A stretch of 64,000 bases of DNA, from NCBI GenBank assembly GCA_028066245.1, contig JALCBR010000008.1, positions 10,771-74,770 on the forward strand, read 5' to 3'. Below, in pieces: positions 19,905 through 29,221 of the stretch (positions are counted from its first letter, which is position 1; each line of letters starts with the position of its first letter). The position numbers were made by a program, and so were the translations under genes. The DNA is from Pirellulales bacterium. GTDB taxonomy: Bacteria > Planctomycetota > Planctomycetia > Pirellulales > S012-138. The notes beneath the pieces were generated by a model. It ran no database searches. It was not told the DNA's origin and worked only from the letters and a program-made list of their open reading frames with translations.

Positions 19905-22337
19905 CTATGAGCCCCCGCCACCGCCACCACTGCCTCTAACGTCGCCGGCGCCAATGTCGCCAATATCGCCGTCTCCAACCTCGACATCGGCGGGCTTTGT
20001 TCGCTGATTCTGCGTACTCATATTGTAGAGCTGATCGGCAGTGCTAAACCCGCTCTCCAGCTCGCTCTTGACGACGAGATTTCCCGCTGCGTCCAATACA
20101 AGTGTTTCGCCGGGAACGACAAGCTTTTTGTATCGCTGACCGCCACGCATATCGAGAATCATCTCGTCCGTGCGATAGTTGTGCTTGTATTGTTTGCGGC
20201 CGGGCCCATCGGGAAACTTGAACTCTGTCGGCCCGTTTTGCACAACGTCAATCGGCACGGGATTATCAACGAAGTAGTTGAGCCATTGGCCGCGCTTAGC
20301 TCTGATTGGAGCGAACAGCAAAGCCACCGCATCCTCGAACTTGAGCGGTGTCTCATCTGTGCTGGGTTCCCGCAGGTACAGCGTCACGCTTGGTTCAAGG
20401 CCCAAGCGAACCGGGCCGGTGATCATGTCAGCATATTCACCGACCGAGACCCATTCTGTGGGTTCACTCCACTCCGTAAACAGGTACGGTTCTTCAGCGT
20501 CACGTGCATCTTCCAGGTAGCCCGCCGGCAATTGGTAGTTGGGATTCTCCAAGACGAGTTGCACGCGGTACTGATATTCCACGCCCTGTTCGATTGTGGT
20601 GTCATAAAACCGCATCAAGAGGTCAGATGGCCCTTGCGGCGCCAAAGCTCCGTTAATGGTGAGTTGACTCTCGTCCTGGGTTGATTGGTTGGATGAGCCG
20701 CCTCCGAATCCACTGTCTCCTTGGTAAGATCGTAGCGTTTGCTCAAACACCACGGCGTCGGCTGCGGTATCCTGACCGTCAAGGAAGAGTACTACAATCC
20801 TCCGCAGCTCGTCGTTCTCTGTTTTGCGATAGATTTCATACCACATCTGATCGCGTTCTTTGAGGATCACGTCACCCACGAGCCGTAACTCAACGATCTT
20901 GGGGTTTAATAAGGGGATATCACTTGAGTTCCCATCGTCAATGACACGGAAAACACGATCCTGAAATTGTTCGGAATCAGGAGACGAGATGATCACTTGG
21001 GTGGGGTCATCACCGGCGGAGATCATCAACTTGCCTCGCCGTTCGATGACGGCCTTGAGGCCTTGTTCTGAATCGACCTGCTCGTCGTACTCCTGTTCAT
21101 GAGCTGAAAAGGAGACGTGATTGCTTCTCGCAGCTTGCCAATCACCGAGGACGCCGTCCAACGCGCGATAGATTGGGCCAGAGTTAATTTGTGGTATCGA
21201 TGCCGTGGTCATCTCTGATCCAAAGATACGACCAACGGCTGGGGGCAGCGGCAAGACGATTCCCGTATAAGGTAACACTTCCTGTGTGCGCGAATCCATC
21301 TGATCAATACTCATCGGGAAAATGTACCGGGGATCAACAATTTCTTCGACATCTGCCATCCAGTGCCTGCGCACTTGCTCGATGATTTCTTTCATCGTAT
21401 CGCTATCGAGCAGCTCCCAGTTTTCTCGTCCGCCACGAGTGCGGCGTTCAATCTTTGCTGCGACATACCGTGGCAATGTCAAGTTGGGTCCGAGTGTACC
21501 ACGCGTCCGCTGCCAGAATTCTTGGTGTTGAGCCACATGCGGAACGGTCCCGATAATGGAGATGAATGACGTCACTTCCGTTTTGCTATCGCCGGGAGCT
21601 TGGTAGCCGGATGGAGGCACATTCCCCGCCGTCGCTCCACGAGAAGGGGTGTCGCCTAGGGGATTGCCAAGTTCGCCACCGAGTTCGCCGATGCCATCTC
21701 CTCCGCGAAGGTCGCCCCCACGGAGATCCCCGCTACCCAAGTCACCACCGCCGCCGCCACGAACGTCGAAGCCCCCCCCGCCCGCGTCGAGATCTCCGCT
21801 ACCGACGTCGAGATCTCCGCCGCCAGGATTGGCACCAATCGCCCGGCCGTCACCGCCAACATTACCGGCAACGGCCAACACTTCACGAAGGCCTTGTGCC
21901 TTGACTTCAATCGCAGGCATCAGTTCCGGCTGGACGCGACGGGTAAGTATTTTTCGACCGCGCCGACCGATAACGTCATCCAGTTTGGGGACTCCGCCGC
22001 CTTCGCCAGAAGGATTGAGTTTCTCGTCATAGGGAGTCACGGTGATGTCTTGCAGGTCAACAAAGTCTTCCGGCTGGCCAGCTTGCACCAGATCATCCTT
22101 CTGTTTGACCAGACTGCTTAACTCGTCAGCGTCTCTGTCATAATAGGATTGGAAAACGGTGGTCACCAAAAACACCAGCACCAGCACGGCAAAAACACCC
22201 AAGGCAAGCTTTTCAAAGTGCTTCAGCATGAAGCCTTGCAATCCGCCAGAGTCCTTCTTCATGGCAATGGTTCCCGTTTCAGCAGTTGTGATCGCCAAGC
22301 GACCGTGTCTCTTAAGTGGATATATTGCCCGATTCAA
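19905..22337 (-). CDS. large bitopic protein with Gly/Asp repeats (third gene of the PilMN operon), unknown family
   Basis: 810-aa ORF. One TM helix (LALGVFAVLVLVFLVTTVF). It has a GGDL/GDLD/DVRGG low-complexity block and a poly-Gly C-terminus. An alternative start is Met26 (22262). Confidence 0.7.
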   Translation of the reverse strand: MNRAIYPLKRHGRLAITTAETGTIAMKKDSGGLQGFMLKHFEKLALGVFAVLVLVFLVTTVFQSYYDRDADELSSLVKQKDDLVQAGQPEDFVDLQDITVTPYDEKLNPSGEGGGVPKLDDVIGRRGRKILTRRVQPELMPAIEVKAQGLREVLAVAGNVGGDGRAIGANPGGGDLDVGSGDLDAGGGGFDVRGGGGGDLGSGDLRGGDLRGGDGIGELGGELGNPLGDTPSRGATAGNVPPSGYQAPGDSKTEVTSFISIIGTVPHVAQHQEFWQRTRGTLGPNLTLPRYVAAKIERRTRGGRENWELLDSDTMKEIIEQVRRHWMADVEEIVDPRYIFPMSIDQMDSRTQEVLPYTGIVLPLPPAVGRIFGSEMTTASIPQINSGPIYRALDGVLGDWQAARSNHVSFSAHEQEYDEQVDSEQGLKAVIERRGKLMISAGDDPTQVIISSPDSEQFQDRVFRVIDDGNSSDIPLLNPKIVELRLVGDVILKERDQMWYEIYRKTENDELRRIVVLFLDGQDTAADAVVFEQTLRSYQGDSGFGGGSSNQSTQDESQLTINGALAPQGPSDLLMRFYDTTIEQGVEYQYRVQLVLENPNYQLPAGYLEDARDAEEPYLFTEWSEPTEWVSVGEYADMITGPVRLGLEPSVTLYLREPSTDETPLKFEDAVALLFAPIRAKRGQWLNYFVDNPVPIDVVQNGPTEFKFPDGPGRKQYKHNYRTDEMILDMRGGQRYKKLVVPGETLVLDAAGNLVVKSELESGFSTADQLYNMSTQNQRTKPADVEVGDGDIGDIGAGDVRGSGGGGGGS

Positions 22338-22402
22338 TAAGCTGTCCGATTTCTTCGCATGATCCGCCCAGACAATTGGTGTGACTCAACACCGAGCCGA
22401 TG

Positions 22403-24154
22403 TTAGCGACCGCCGCCGCCCAAAGCGGGACTTCCGGTTTGCGCTACAGCGGCATCATCTCCCTCAGGTATGATTTCCGCCGGAGACTTACCGATGTTTT
22501 CGCGGACAGGCGTTTGATACAGATAGATTACGCCTCTCAGCTTGAGCACGACATCAGTCGGGGCGTATTCAACAAGCCCGCCAGTGTCCTGTTCTGATTC
22601 GGGGACGGCGTGCATGGCGCAGATCTGCTGGACCTCAATCGGCAACGGACTATCGGCAGCCAACCCGAAGAAACGACCGACCTCTGCCTGGTCGATGACC
22701 ACTTCCAGGTACAACGGGATCATGCGGAACTCCACATGTGGATTGTCTCTGACCGAATTCACTGGGTATCCCTGATCGTCCACATATCGGCCTTGTTCAA
22801 GTTTATCCTTCGAGCCGAGTTGAACTGTCACGGCGGGAAGCTCAAACCCCTTCAAACCCCAGTTCGGTTTAATTGTGGAATAGGCCGGGTTGTTTGCATC
22901 GGGCCGATTGCTGCCACCAAGCCTATTACGGTTGCCCAGATTGGGACGGCCGAGCGAAAACTCGCTTTCAGAGGCTTCGTCACCAAACCCCCCCATGAAA
23001 CCAATTCCACCTTCCATTCCCGGGCCTTCCATTCCAAGGTCTCCCATTCCCGGGCCTTCCATTCCAGGGCCTTCCATTCCGGGCCCGAGGCCCTCCGACT
23101 GTATGCCGCCTTCGCGTTTAGGGCCGAGACGGCCAATCCGTAGTTTGCGAATTTGCTTGATTGGCGCTTGATAGTGATCGGCGTCACCGTTGGTTTGGCC
23201 AATCACGTTGAGCACAGAGTACATCGCTGCCCAATACTCGATGGCATACTGAACTTGCGCCTCGGTAGGCGTTCCGGTCCAATTGAGGTAGGTTCCCAAG
23301 ACCAAGTCACGGTCCTGCCAGTCGACAATGCCTTCGTATTGAATTTGCGGCGTTGACTCCTGCATTGATCCCTGCTGCCAGGGTGTACTACCTACGCCGC
23401 CTCGGACATTGGCCGTGCCCTCAAAGTTGCCTGGGCCGATTTCCATCCCCATGTCGCCCTCTCCAATACCCCGCAGCCCTCTTCCTTGGCCGCCCCTGAC
23501 GTCGGTCGCCGCAGCGCCGCGAGGATTAAAACCTGGCATGCCATCCGAAAACTCTCCTGGTTCACCAAGTTCGCCCAGCCCAGGACCACTTTGCCGAGGA
23601 TTGCCCAGTCGGGGATTGTTGCCACGGTTGTCGCCGTCTTCGACACTCACTTCCGGCTCAATGACCTGCCGCACCTTGACGACATCATCAAGCCGCTTGA
23701 TTTCATCAGGAAGAATGGCCCAGTATCTGTCGCGATGTCGTGTCGTGATGTTGTCGATCTCTCCAGTCAAGAAATCGACGGCATCTTGGGACTTGTCTGA
23801 CAGTGTGCTTCTGAAATGTTCCTGCTGAGCCTGAAACCGTTTCTGCCAGATCTGGTAAACAATGTCAGTCAGTTCTGATTTCCTAGTCTCCAGCTCCTGC
23901 TTGATTGGATCATTGGGAATCTGGCTGGCTGTCACGCTGGTGATACTTTGGAAGGCCCTGTCTCGCGCCGCGACCTGCTCTGCAGTTGTGGACGTGATCA
24001 TCCACCAGCCGACTGCCCAGGCAGCGAGAAGTACAACAACGGCAGCGCCGCTGAGAATCCAAAACAGGTGTTTCTTCGAGTTATCCATGACATTCTGTCC
24101 AAGGTTCCGAAGTGCGATTGATTGTTCTCTGTTCGCTCCGTTGCCAGCGTGCAT
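22403..24154 (-). CDS. large bitopic protein with GPGMEG repeats (second gene of the PilMN operon), unknown family
   Basis: 583-aa ORF. One TM helix (LFWILSGAAVVVLLAAWAVGWWMI). It has low-complexity DVRGG / GELG / GPGMEG x5 segments. An alternative start is Met23 (24088). Confidence 0.7.
   Translation of the reverse strand: MHAGNGANREQSIALRNLGQNVMDNSKKHLFWILSGAAVVVLLAAWAVGWWMITSTTAEQVAARDRAFQSITSVTASQIPNDPIKQELETRKSELTDIVYQIWQKRFQAQQEHFRSTLSDKSQDAVDFLTGEIDNITTRHRDRYWAILPDEIKRLDDVVKVRQVIEPEVSVEDGDNRGNNPRLGNPRQSGPGLGELGEPGEFSDGMPGFNPRGAAATDVRGGQGRGLRGIGEGDMGMEIGPGNFEGTANVRGGVGSTPWQQGSMQESTPQIQYEGIVDWQDRDLVLGTYLNWTGTPTEAQVQYAIEYWAAMYSVLNVIGQTNGDADHYQAPIKQIRKLRIGRLGPKREGGIQSEGLGPGMEGPGMEGPGMGDLGMEGPGMEGGIGFMGGFGDEASESEFSLGRPNLGNRNRLGGSNRPDANNPAYSTIKPNWGLKGFELPAVTVQLGSKDKLEQGRYVDDQGYPVNSVRDNPHVEFRMIPLYLEVVIDQAEVGRFFGLAADSPLPIEVQQICAMHAVPESEQDTGGLVEYAPTDVVLKLRGVIYLYQTPVRENIGKSPAEIIPEGDDAAVAQTGSPALGGGGR
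23011..23085 (-). repeat. five tandem 15-bp coding repeats (CTTCCATTCCNGGGC on the plus strand)
   Basis: Read directly from the sequence. The repeats encode GPGMEGPGMEGPGMGDLGMEGPGMEG. Confidence 0.85.
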
Positions 24155-24171
24155 GCGCTGATCATGTAAAA

Positions 24172-26283
24172 TTATCCTGTCCCTGGCGTTGTCAATGTGG
24201 CAACGGCGTCACCTTCGTCTTCTTCACTGACGGGTGAGGGAATCACGAAGAGTTGAACTTCGAAAAAGAGCCGAATCCGCTCAATGTTTTCAGGCTTGTC
24301 GATCGCTGCTGGATCGTACGGGTCGTAGTCGGGATTGGCGATCATGACCGGTTGTTGCAGGCCGTCGGAATCGATCACCGGGTCCCGGATTTCAAAGCCG
24401 CCGGTCTTGCCGACGTGTTGGCGCAAATTAACAATCAACGTCTTTGCCAAGTACGCATAGGCGCTGTGTTCTGTGTCACCAGCGCCTCTTGGGGCGTTGT
24501 GATCGTGATAGCCGACGATCGTGATGATGTACCCTTGGGTGCCGGTCGCCCCATCTTGCGGGCCACCGCCCAGCGGTGAGGGGGCACCACCTGGCGGCGA
24601 GGCCGGTGATGGTGTGGAGAGTGGCGGTTCCCCGGATGCCTCCTCTGCCGCGTCGATCTCTTCTTGCGTCGGGGGTGGCTCTGGCATGCGCCCAGCGATG
24701 TAGTCTTCGGTTCGCTCAAATCGACCAAGGGTTTCCTTTTGTTGTTTCCACGCTTCGTACGTGCCCGGCTCTGAGTGAATGGCCTCGATATGCAAACCTT
24801 GAAGGTCTTTGAATTCCTCTGGGGCGTTGTCCACCACCTCTTGAGGCGCCTTCGTTGCTTGAGCGACCGTGGCCAATAAGTCCGGCCAGTGCATAAGCCT
24901 GAACTGGTTCTGCACAAAGATCTCGCCGACTTTGTCAATGCCTTGGAAGGCGGTCTTTCCGTTGGCGAACTCTTGCTTGTCCTTGTTGAATGTGGTCACC
25001 TTGTTGGTGGCTCCGCTCTCTGCCGTCTTTCGGTCTCCGTACTCCGGACTGGAAACATGCAGCGCATACCAATTGCCGGTAAAGCTGATTCCCAGAGCCA
25101 CCATCAGCACGGCGATGGCGGCCACCGCCCAAGGCTTCTTGGCTTCGATCATCCGGTTGTGGACGATTTCCGCCGGCATCAAGTTGGTTTCCAACCGTGC
25201 TTGCTGCAACCCTTGCAGGCACAAGCCGTAGCAGATACCGAATGATGAGGAGTGGTCTTTAAAGGCCGGCGCGTCGACGATGCCCGGGCCGACAAGCGTA
25301 TGGAATTCATCCACACGTTCCATGGGAATGTTGAGGTTCTGTTCAAGGAACCTCACCAAACCCGGCAGCTTGGCTCCGCCACCCAAGGCGACTCCGTGCT
25401 TGATCTTGGCTTTCTTGTCAATGTTGTTGAAGAACGTCAGCGATCGTTGGACCTCTGTAACCAAATCCGTGAACACGGGGCGCATGGCCTGGAACAGAGA
25501 CTTAGGGTTTTCCGCCTGCGTGGCGTTTCGTTTGAGGTGCTCAGCCTTGGCGAAGGTTTGCCGCAACTCCTTACTGAGAGCCTTGGTGAAGTTGCTGCCG
25601 CCAACGGGAATGCTCCGCTGCCAGACGCGAAATCCGTTCGTGATGACTAGATCCGTGGTCTCAGTGCCGATAGACAGCACGAGCACTGACTCCAGCAGGG
25701 TTTCCGGATCATAACTGTCATTGTCCGGCAGCCGTGGCATCTGGTCCGCCACGACATAGTTGTAGAGAGCGAGCGGCGCCAACTGGATGTAATCGACGTC
25801 GATCTTTGCTTCCGTGTAGGGCTGCAGTTGTTTATAGGTCTGGTCCCGCTTCATTGCGAACAGGCCGACCTCTGTTTCTAGGGAGAAGCCTTCCGCTTCG
25901 CTCCCGCCAGCCATCTGCTGGAAATCCCAGACAACATCATCCAAATCAAATGGAATCTGCTGCCGGGCTTCATACTTGACGAGGTCCGGAATCTTCTTGG
26001 ATTCCACCGGTGGTAACTTGATGAACCGTGACAGACCGTTTTGGCCAGGCACGTTAATCGCCACCTGATCTTCGCCGACATCGTTTCTCGACAGGAACGT
26101 CCGCAACGCTTCGGCAACGAGTTCCTCGCGGTTCGCTTCCGGTTGGCTGAGAATTTTGGGGTATTCGATGTAGTCGAATGCGTCAGCGCGGACGCGGCCT
26201 GTGGTATTGTCCGGAAGGCAGCGGAGAGCCTTGAGAGCGCAATCTCCAATATCAATACCCCAAACGCCTGAGACTTTCGCCAT
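24172..26283 (-). CDS. PilM-like actin-fold ATPase fused to a PilN-like membrane anchor and a large periplasmic domain
   Basis: VWGIDIGDCALKAL, LVLSIGTETTDLVI and GVALGGGAKLPGL are PilM/FtsA-type motifs. ETNLMPAEI plus the TM helix WAVAAIAVLMVALGISF corresponds to the PilN INLLP motif and helix. A Pro-rich linker and an approximately 150-aa C-terminal domain follow. Confidence 0.75.
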   Translation of the reverse strand: MAKVSGVWGIDIGDCALKALRCLPDNTTGRVRADAFDYIEYPKILSQPEANREELVAEALRTFLSRNDVGEDQVAINVPGQNGLSRFIKLPPVESKKIPDLVKYEARQQIPFDLDDVVWDFQQMAGGSEAEGFSLETEVGLFAMKRDQTYKQLQPYTEAKIDVDYIQLAPLALYNYVVADQMPRLPDNDSYDPETLLESVLVLSIGTETTDLVITNGFRVWQRSIPVGGSNFTKALSKELRQTFAKAEHLKRNATQAENPKSLFQAMRPVFTDLVTEVQRSLTFFNNIDKKAKIKHGVALGGGAKLPGLVRFLEQNLNIPMERVDEFHTLVGPGIVDAPAFKDHSSSFGICYGLCLQGLQQARLETNLMPAEIVHNRMIEAKKPWAVAAIAVLMVALGISFTGNWYALHVSSPEYGDRKTAESGATNKVTTFNKDKQEFANGKTAFQGIDKVGEIFVQNQFRLMHWPDLLATVAQATKAPQEVVDNAPEEFKDLQGLHIEAIHSEPGTYEAWKQQKETLGRFERTEDYIAGRMPEPPPTQEEIDAAEEASGEPPLSTPSPASPPGGAPSPLGGGPQDGATGTQGYIITIVGYHDHNAPRGAGDTEHSAYAYLAKTLIVNLRQHVGKTGGFEIRDPVIDSDGLQQPVMIANPDYDPYDPAAIDKPENIERIRLFFEVQLFVIPSPVSEEDEGDAVATLTTPGTG

Positions 26284-26840
26284 GGAAAGTGACCTCTTCG
26301 CGGTTACGTGCTAAAGCAGTTCTAGGAAAGCGGTTGGGCTTTCTGTTCGATTTTGCAACAGGCAGAATGCCTGAACGACATGCATCAAAGGAACCGCAGG
26401 TTCTCATTGTTTGCGGTCCCTGCACAACCGAATTGTCTACGGCTGGCATCATGCGACGAGACAACGGCTCACCCTAACTAATCTATCGATCAGGAGTTGG
26501 GGCTGTCAAACAATTTCAGGAGGGGTTCCGGAGCCGGATGTGCCGGTTTTTGAGATTTCTTGCTGCTCGCCCCGGACGACAGCCGCCCAATGGACGGTAC
26601 TCATCCATCTGCGCGCGACCGACGCACTGGCAGCCAGGATAACCCGAGAAGTTGGCCGGCAGCGGCATGGGGGTTCCGACTATATGAGAACTTAGATCTT
26701 ACGGAAAAGCGAAGATGAAGGATGCAACGTCCGTCCTAGCAAGAAGACGGGAACTTTTGATTTGCACCGGGTAAAGGCCCATAGCACAAGTTCACTGTGG
26801 TCTTGGGACATCCAGAAATTGCCCGACGCTGGAATCCATT

Positions 26841-26888
26841 GGGTGGCTCAGTGGGGCAGTAGTTTATACGCACTCAATTGAGCCACCC
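26841..26888 (-). terminator. hairpin downstream of the PPIase gene (non-canonical terminator candidate)
   Basis: 10-bp stem GGGTGGCTCA / TGAGCCACCC with a long loop (about 28 nt) and no clear U-tract. Confidence 0.3.
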
Positions 26889-26921
26889 ATCCACAAGTTC
26901 CATGACTGTCGTGTGCAGTCG

Positions 26922-28820
26922 CTACTGCCGGTTCATGTCGGTCGCTGCCGTCTCGAACGCTGCCGCTGCCGCGGCACTGGTGACTGAGAGGTAGTTGGTC
27001 ACGTTGGCGTCGTCAGTCATGCTCTGGTAGACCTTGGCCATCTGAATCCGCAGTTTCTTTTCATAGAGGTCGCGGTACAAGCCGTCACGGACGTCGCCCA
27101 AAGATACGGTTTGCGGCTCGGTCATACCTTCGCAGTACAGGATCACATAGTAATCGCCGACTTCAATCACGCCGGAGAGTTCCCCGGGCTTAAGGGCGAA
27201 AGCCTTCTCCTCAAGTTGCGGCTTGCCGCCGTGCTTCTGGATCGGAGGAATCTCTCCTTGCAGCGAGCGCAAACTGGCTTCCACAGAGTACCGCGTGCTT
27301 AATTGGCCGAAGTACTCAAGTGTGGGATTCTTGCGAGCGAGTTCCCAGGCCTCCTGGGCGGTCCGCAAGTTGTTCACCATGATCGCCCGAGCAATCACGC
27401 GCGGACCATAGTTGGCTTCAAAGGCGAATTGGAGATCTTCTTCGGTGACTTCGATTTGCAAACCTGAGACCTTGTGAGCAAGCTTCTTGAGGGCGACAGT
27501 GGGCCAAACCACATCATCCAGGTAACGCTGCCACTTGATCTCTTGCTCGCGCTCTACCATCACAACCCAGCGGTCGATATCGACTTTGCCCTCGGCGTCT
27601 GTCACACCCATGGACTCTGCCGCGCGACTGACTTCTTCCACAAGGTCCTGACGTTCCACCAGGATTTGATGTCTTTGGATATTTTGTTCCAACAGTCGGC
27701 GACTGATGGTGCCTTCCAGGATTTCCAGCCCGTGCCGATCCAGGCAAGCTTCTCCCAGTTCGCTCATGCTGATCTGGCGTCCGTTGACAATGGCAGCAAC
27801 GCCAGGATATTGCTGCGGCAGGCGTTCGTCTTCAGCCTCGAAAACCACGACCACGTTGGATTTTTCGCGGAGCTTGCCGAACACTTCCGTGGCGGCCATC
27901 GTTTCTTTCTTGCTCTGCAGTTCAAGCTTGATCTTGTCGCGAACGTTTTCAAACGGGAATTGTTTCGTGCGACTAGGGTGATGAGATTCGCACTTCAGAA
28001 TGATGAATTGGCCTTCAGCTTCGATAACATCCGAGACCTGTCCAGCCTGCAATCCAAAGGCAACACGTTCAATTTCCGGATCACCCAAGTTACGCCGGAT
28101 GGGTGGGATGTATCCTTCTCTACTGGCACTGGCGTCAATGGAATATTGCCGCGCCAGGCGACCAAAGTCTTGGGGGTTGGCCTTGGCAGCAGCAACAGCT
28201 TCAACCGCCGACTCTCGATCACGGCAGACCATGATTCGGGCATCGACTGTCGGCCCATACATAGCATGATAAAAAGCCAGTAGTTCTTCTTCGCTGATGT
28301 CCAGCAAGTCTTTGGCCGCAGCACGGAGCGCCAGCGCCGGCCAGATGATATCGTTGTCGTACTGGGAGGGTGAGATGTGTCGCTCATTCTTGAGCATGTT
28401 GCGCCATTCCTCGACCGACATGCCAAACCGCTTTGCTGTCTTGGCGACTTCCGCCTGGACGGCTGTCGTGGGAATGACGATGCCTTTGGATTGGCAATGC
28501 TGGTAGATCAGGTGCTTGTTGATCACACTTTCCAGCACGTCCCCGCCGTATGCCTTGATGCAATCGGCAGCGAGTTCGGCTCTGGTGACGGGCTCGCCGT
28601 TGACGAGTGCAACCGGATCAACGGGCTTGTAAGGATCTTCCGCCGCGTTAGGTTGGCTTTGCCGTTGCGGCTGGGCACCGGCTTCATCGGACTTCCAGAA
28701 TAACTTCGCCGCGACGCAGGCGCCAATAATGACAAGCCCTGCTGTCAAAAAGCCAAACCGTTTTCGCCAAGGCGAAGCGGCGGATTTTTGTTTCTTCCGA
28801 TTGCTATCCTGGGAAGCCAT
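26922..28820 (-). CDS. SurA/PrsA-like peptidyl-prolyl isomerase with two parvulin domains, membrane anchored
   Basis: N-terminal TM helix FGFLTAGLVIIGACVAAKLFW. Parvulin-like segments are GQVSDVIEAEGQFIILKCE and GELSGVIEVGDYYVILYCE. Confidence 0.75.
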   Translation of the reverse strand: MASQDSNRKKQKSAASPWRKRFGFLTAGLVIIGACVAAKLFWKSDEAGAQPQRQSQPNAAEDPYKPVDPVALVNGEPVTRAELAADCIKAYGGDVLESVINKHLIYQHCQSKGIVIPTTAVQAEVAKTAKRFGMSVEEWRNMLKNERHISPSQYDNDIIWPALALRAAAKDLLDISEEELLAFYHAMYGPTVDARIMVCRDRESAVEAVAAAKANPQDFGRLARQYSIDASASREGYIPPIRRNLGDPEIERVAFGLQAGQVSDVIEAEGQFIILKCESHHPSRTKQFPFENVRDKIKLELQSKKETMAATEVFGKLREKSNVVVVFEAEDERLPQQYPGVAAIVNGRQISMSELGEACLDRHGLEILEGTISRRLLEQNIQRHQILVERQDLVEEVSRAAESMGVTDAEGKVDIDRWVVMVEREQEIKWQRYLDDVVWPTVALKKLAHKVSGLQIEVTEEDLQFAFEANYGPRVIARAIMVNNLRTAQEAWELARKNPTLEYFGQLSTRYSVEASLRSLQGEIPPIQKHGGKPQLEEKAFALKPGELSGVIEVGDYYVILYCEGMTEPQTVSLGDVRDGLYRDLYEKKLRIQMAKVYQSMTDDANVTNYLSVTSAAAAAAFETAATDMNRQ

Positions 28821-29221
28821 TGTGCGATCTCCGTATCGCTGGTTTCACTTGAACTGTTGGGTCCTGCTGGCCATGCGTAGATCGATGCGCGCACGGTTCT
28901 CGCTCACCGTTGGCCGAAGCGGCGGTACTATAGGAACGTCTTCTTTAAGGGTCAATGCGAATAGCAAGCACCCCCCGATGCCACGCAACGCTGATCCGTA
29001 ACGACATAGCATCCTGCGCGACGCGGCAGTTGGATAGCATTGGAAAAGGTCCGCCCGAAAGGCACGTCAGGAGGCGGTGTGCTGGTAGTGCTGTCACCGT
29101 TGGCAATTCCGAAGATCCGCGCAAAAAACTACTCAGCGCAATCACTGGATCACGCTGAGCAGGGACGGGTTGATTCCAGCAAGCCACATCGCAATGGTCG
29201 GCCGATCCATTTGGCAGCGGA

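Noticed and set aside
27474-28283. 269-aa plus-strand ORF
   Set aside because: It is antisense to the PPIase gene, whose parvulin motifs support the minus-strand frame.
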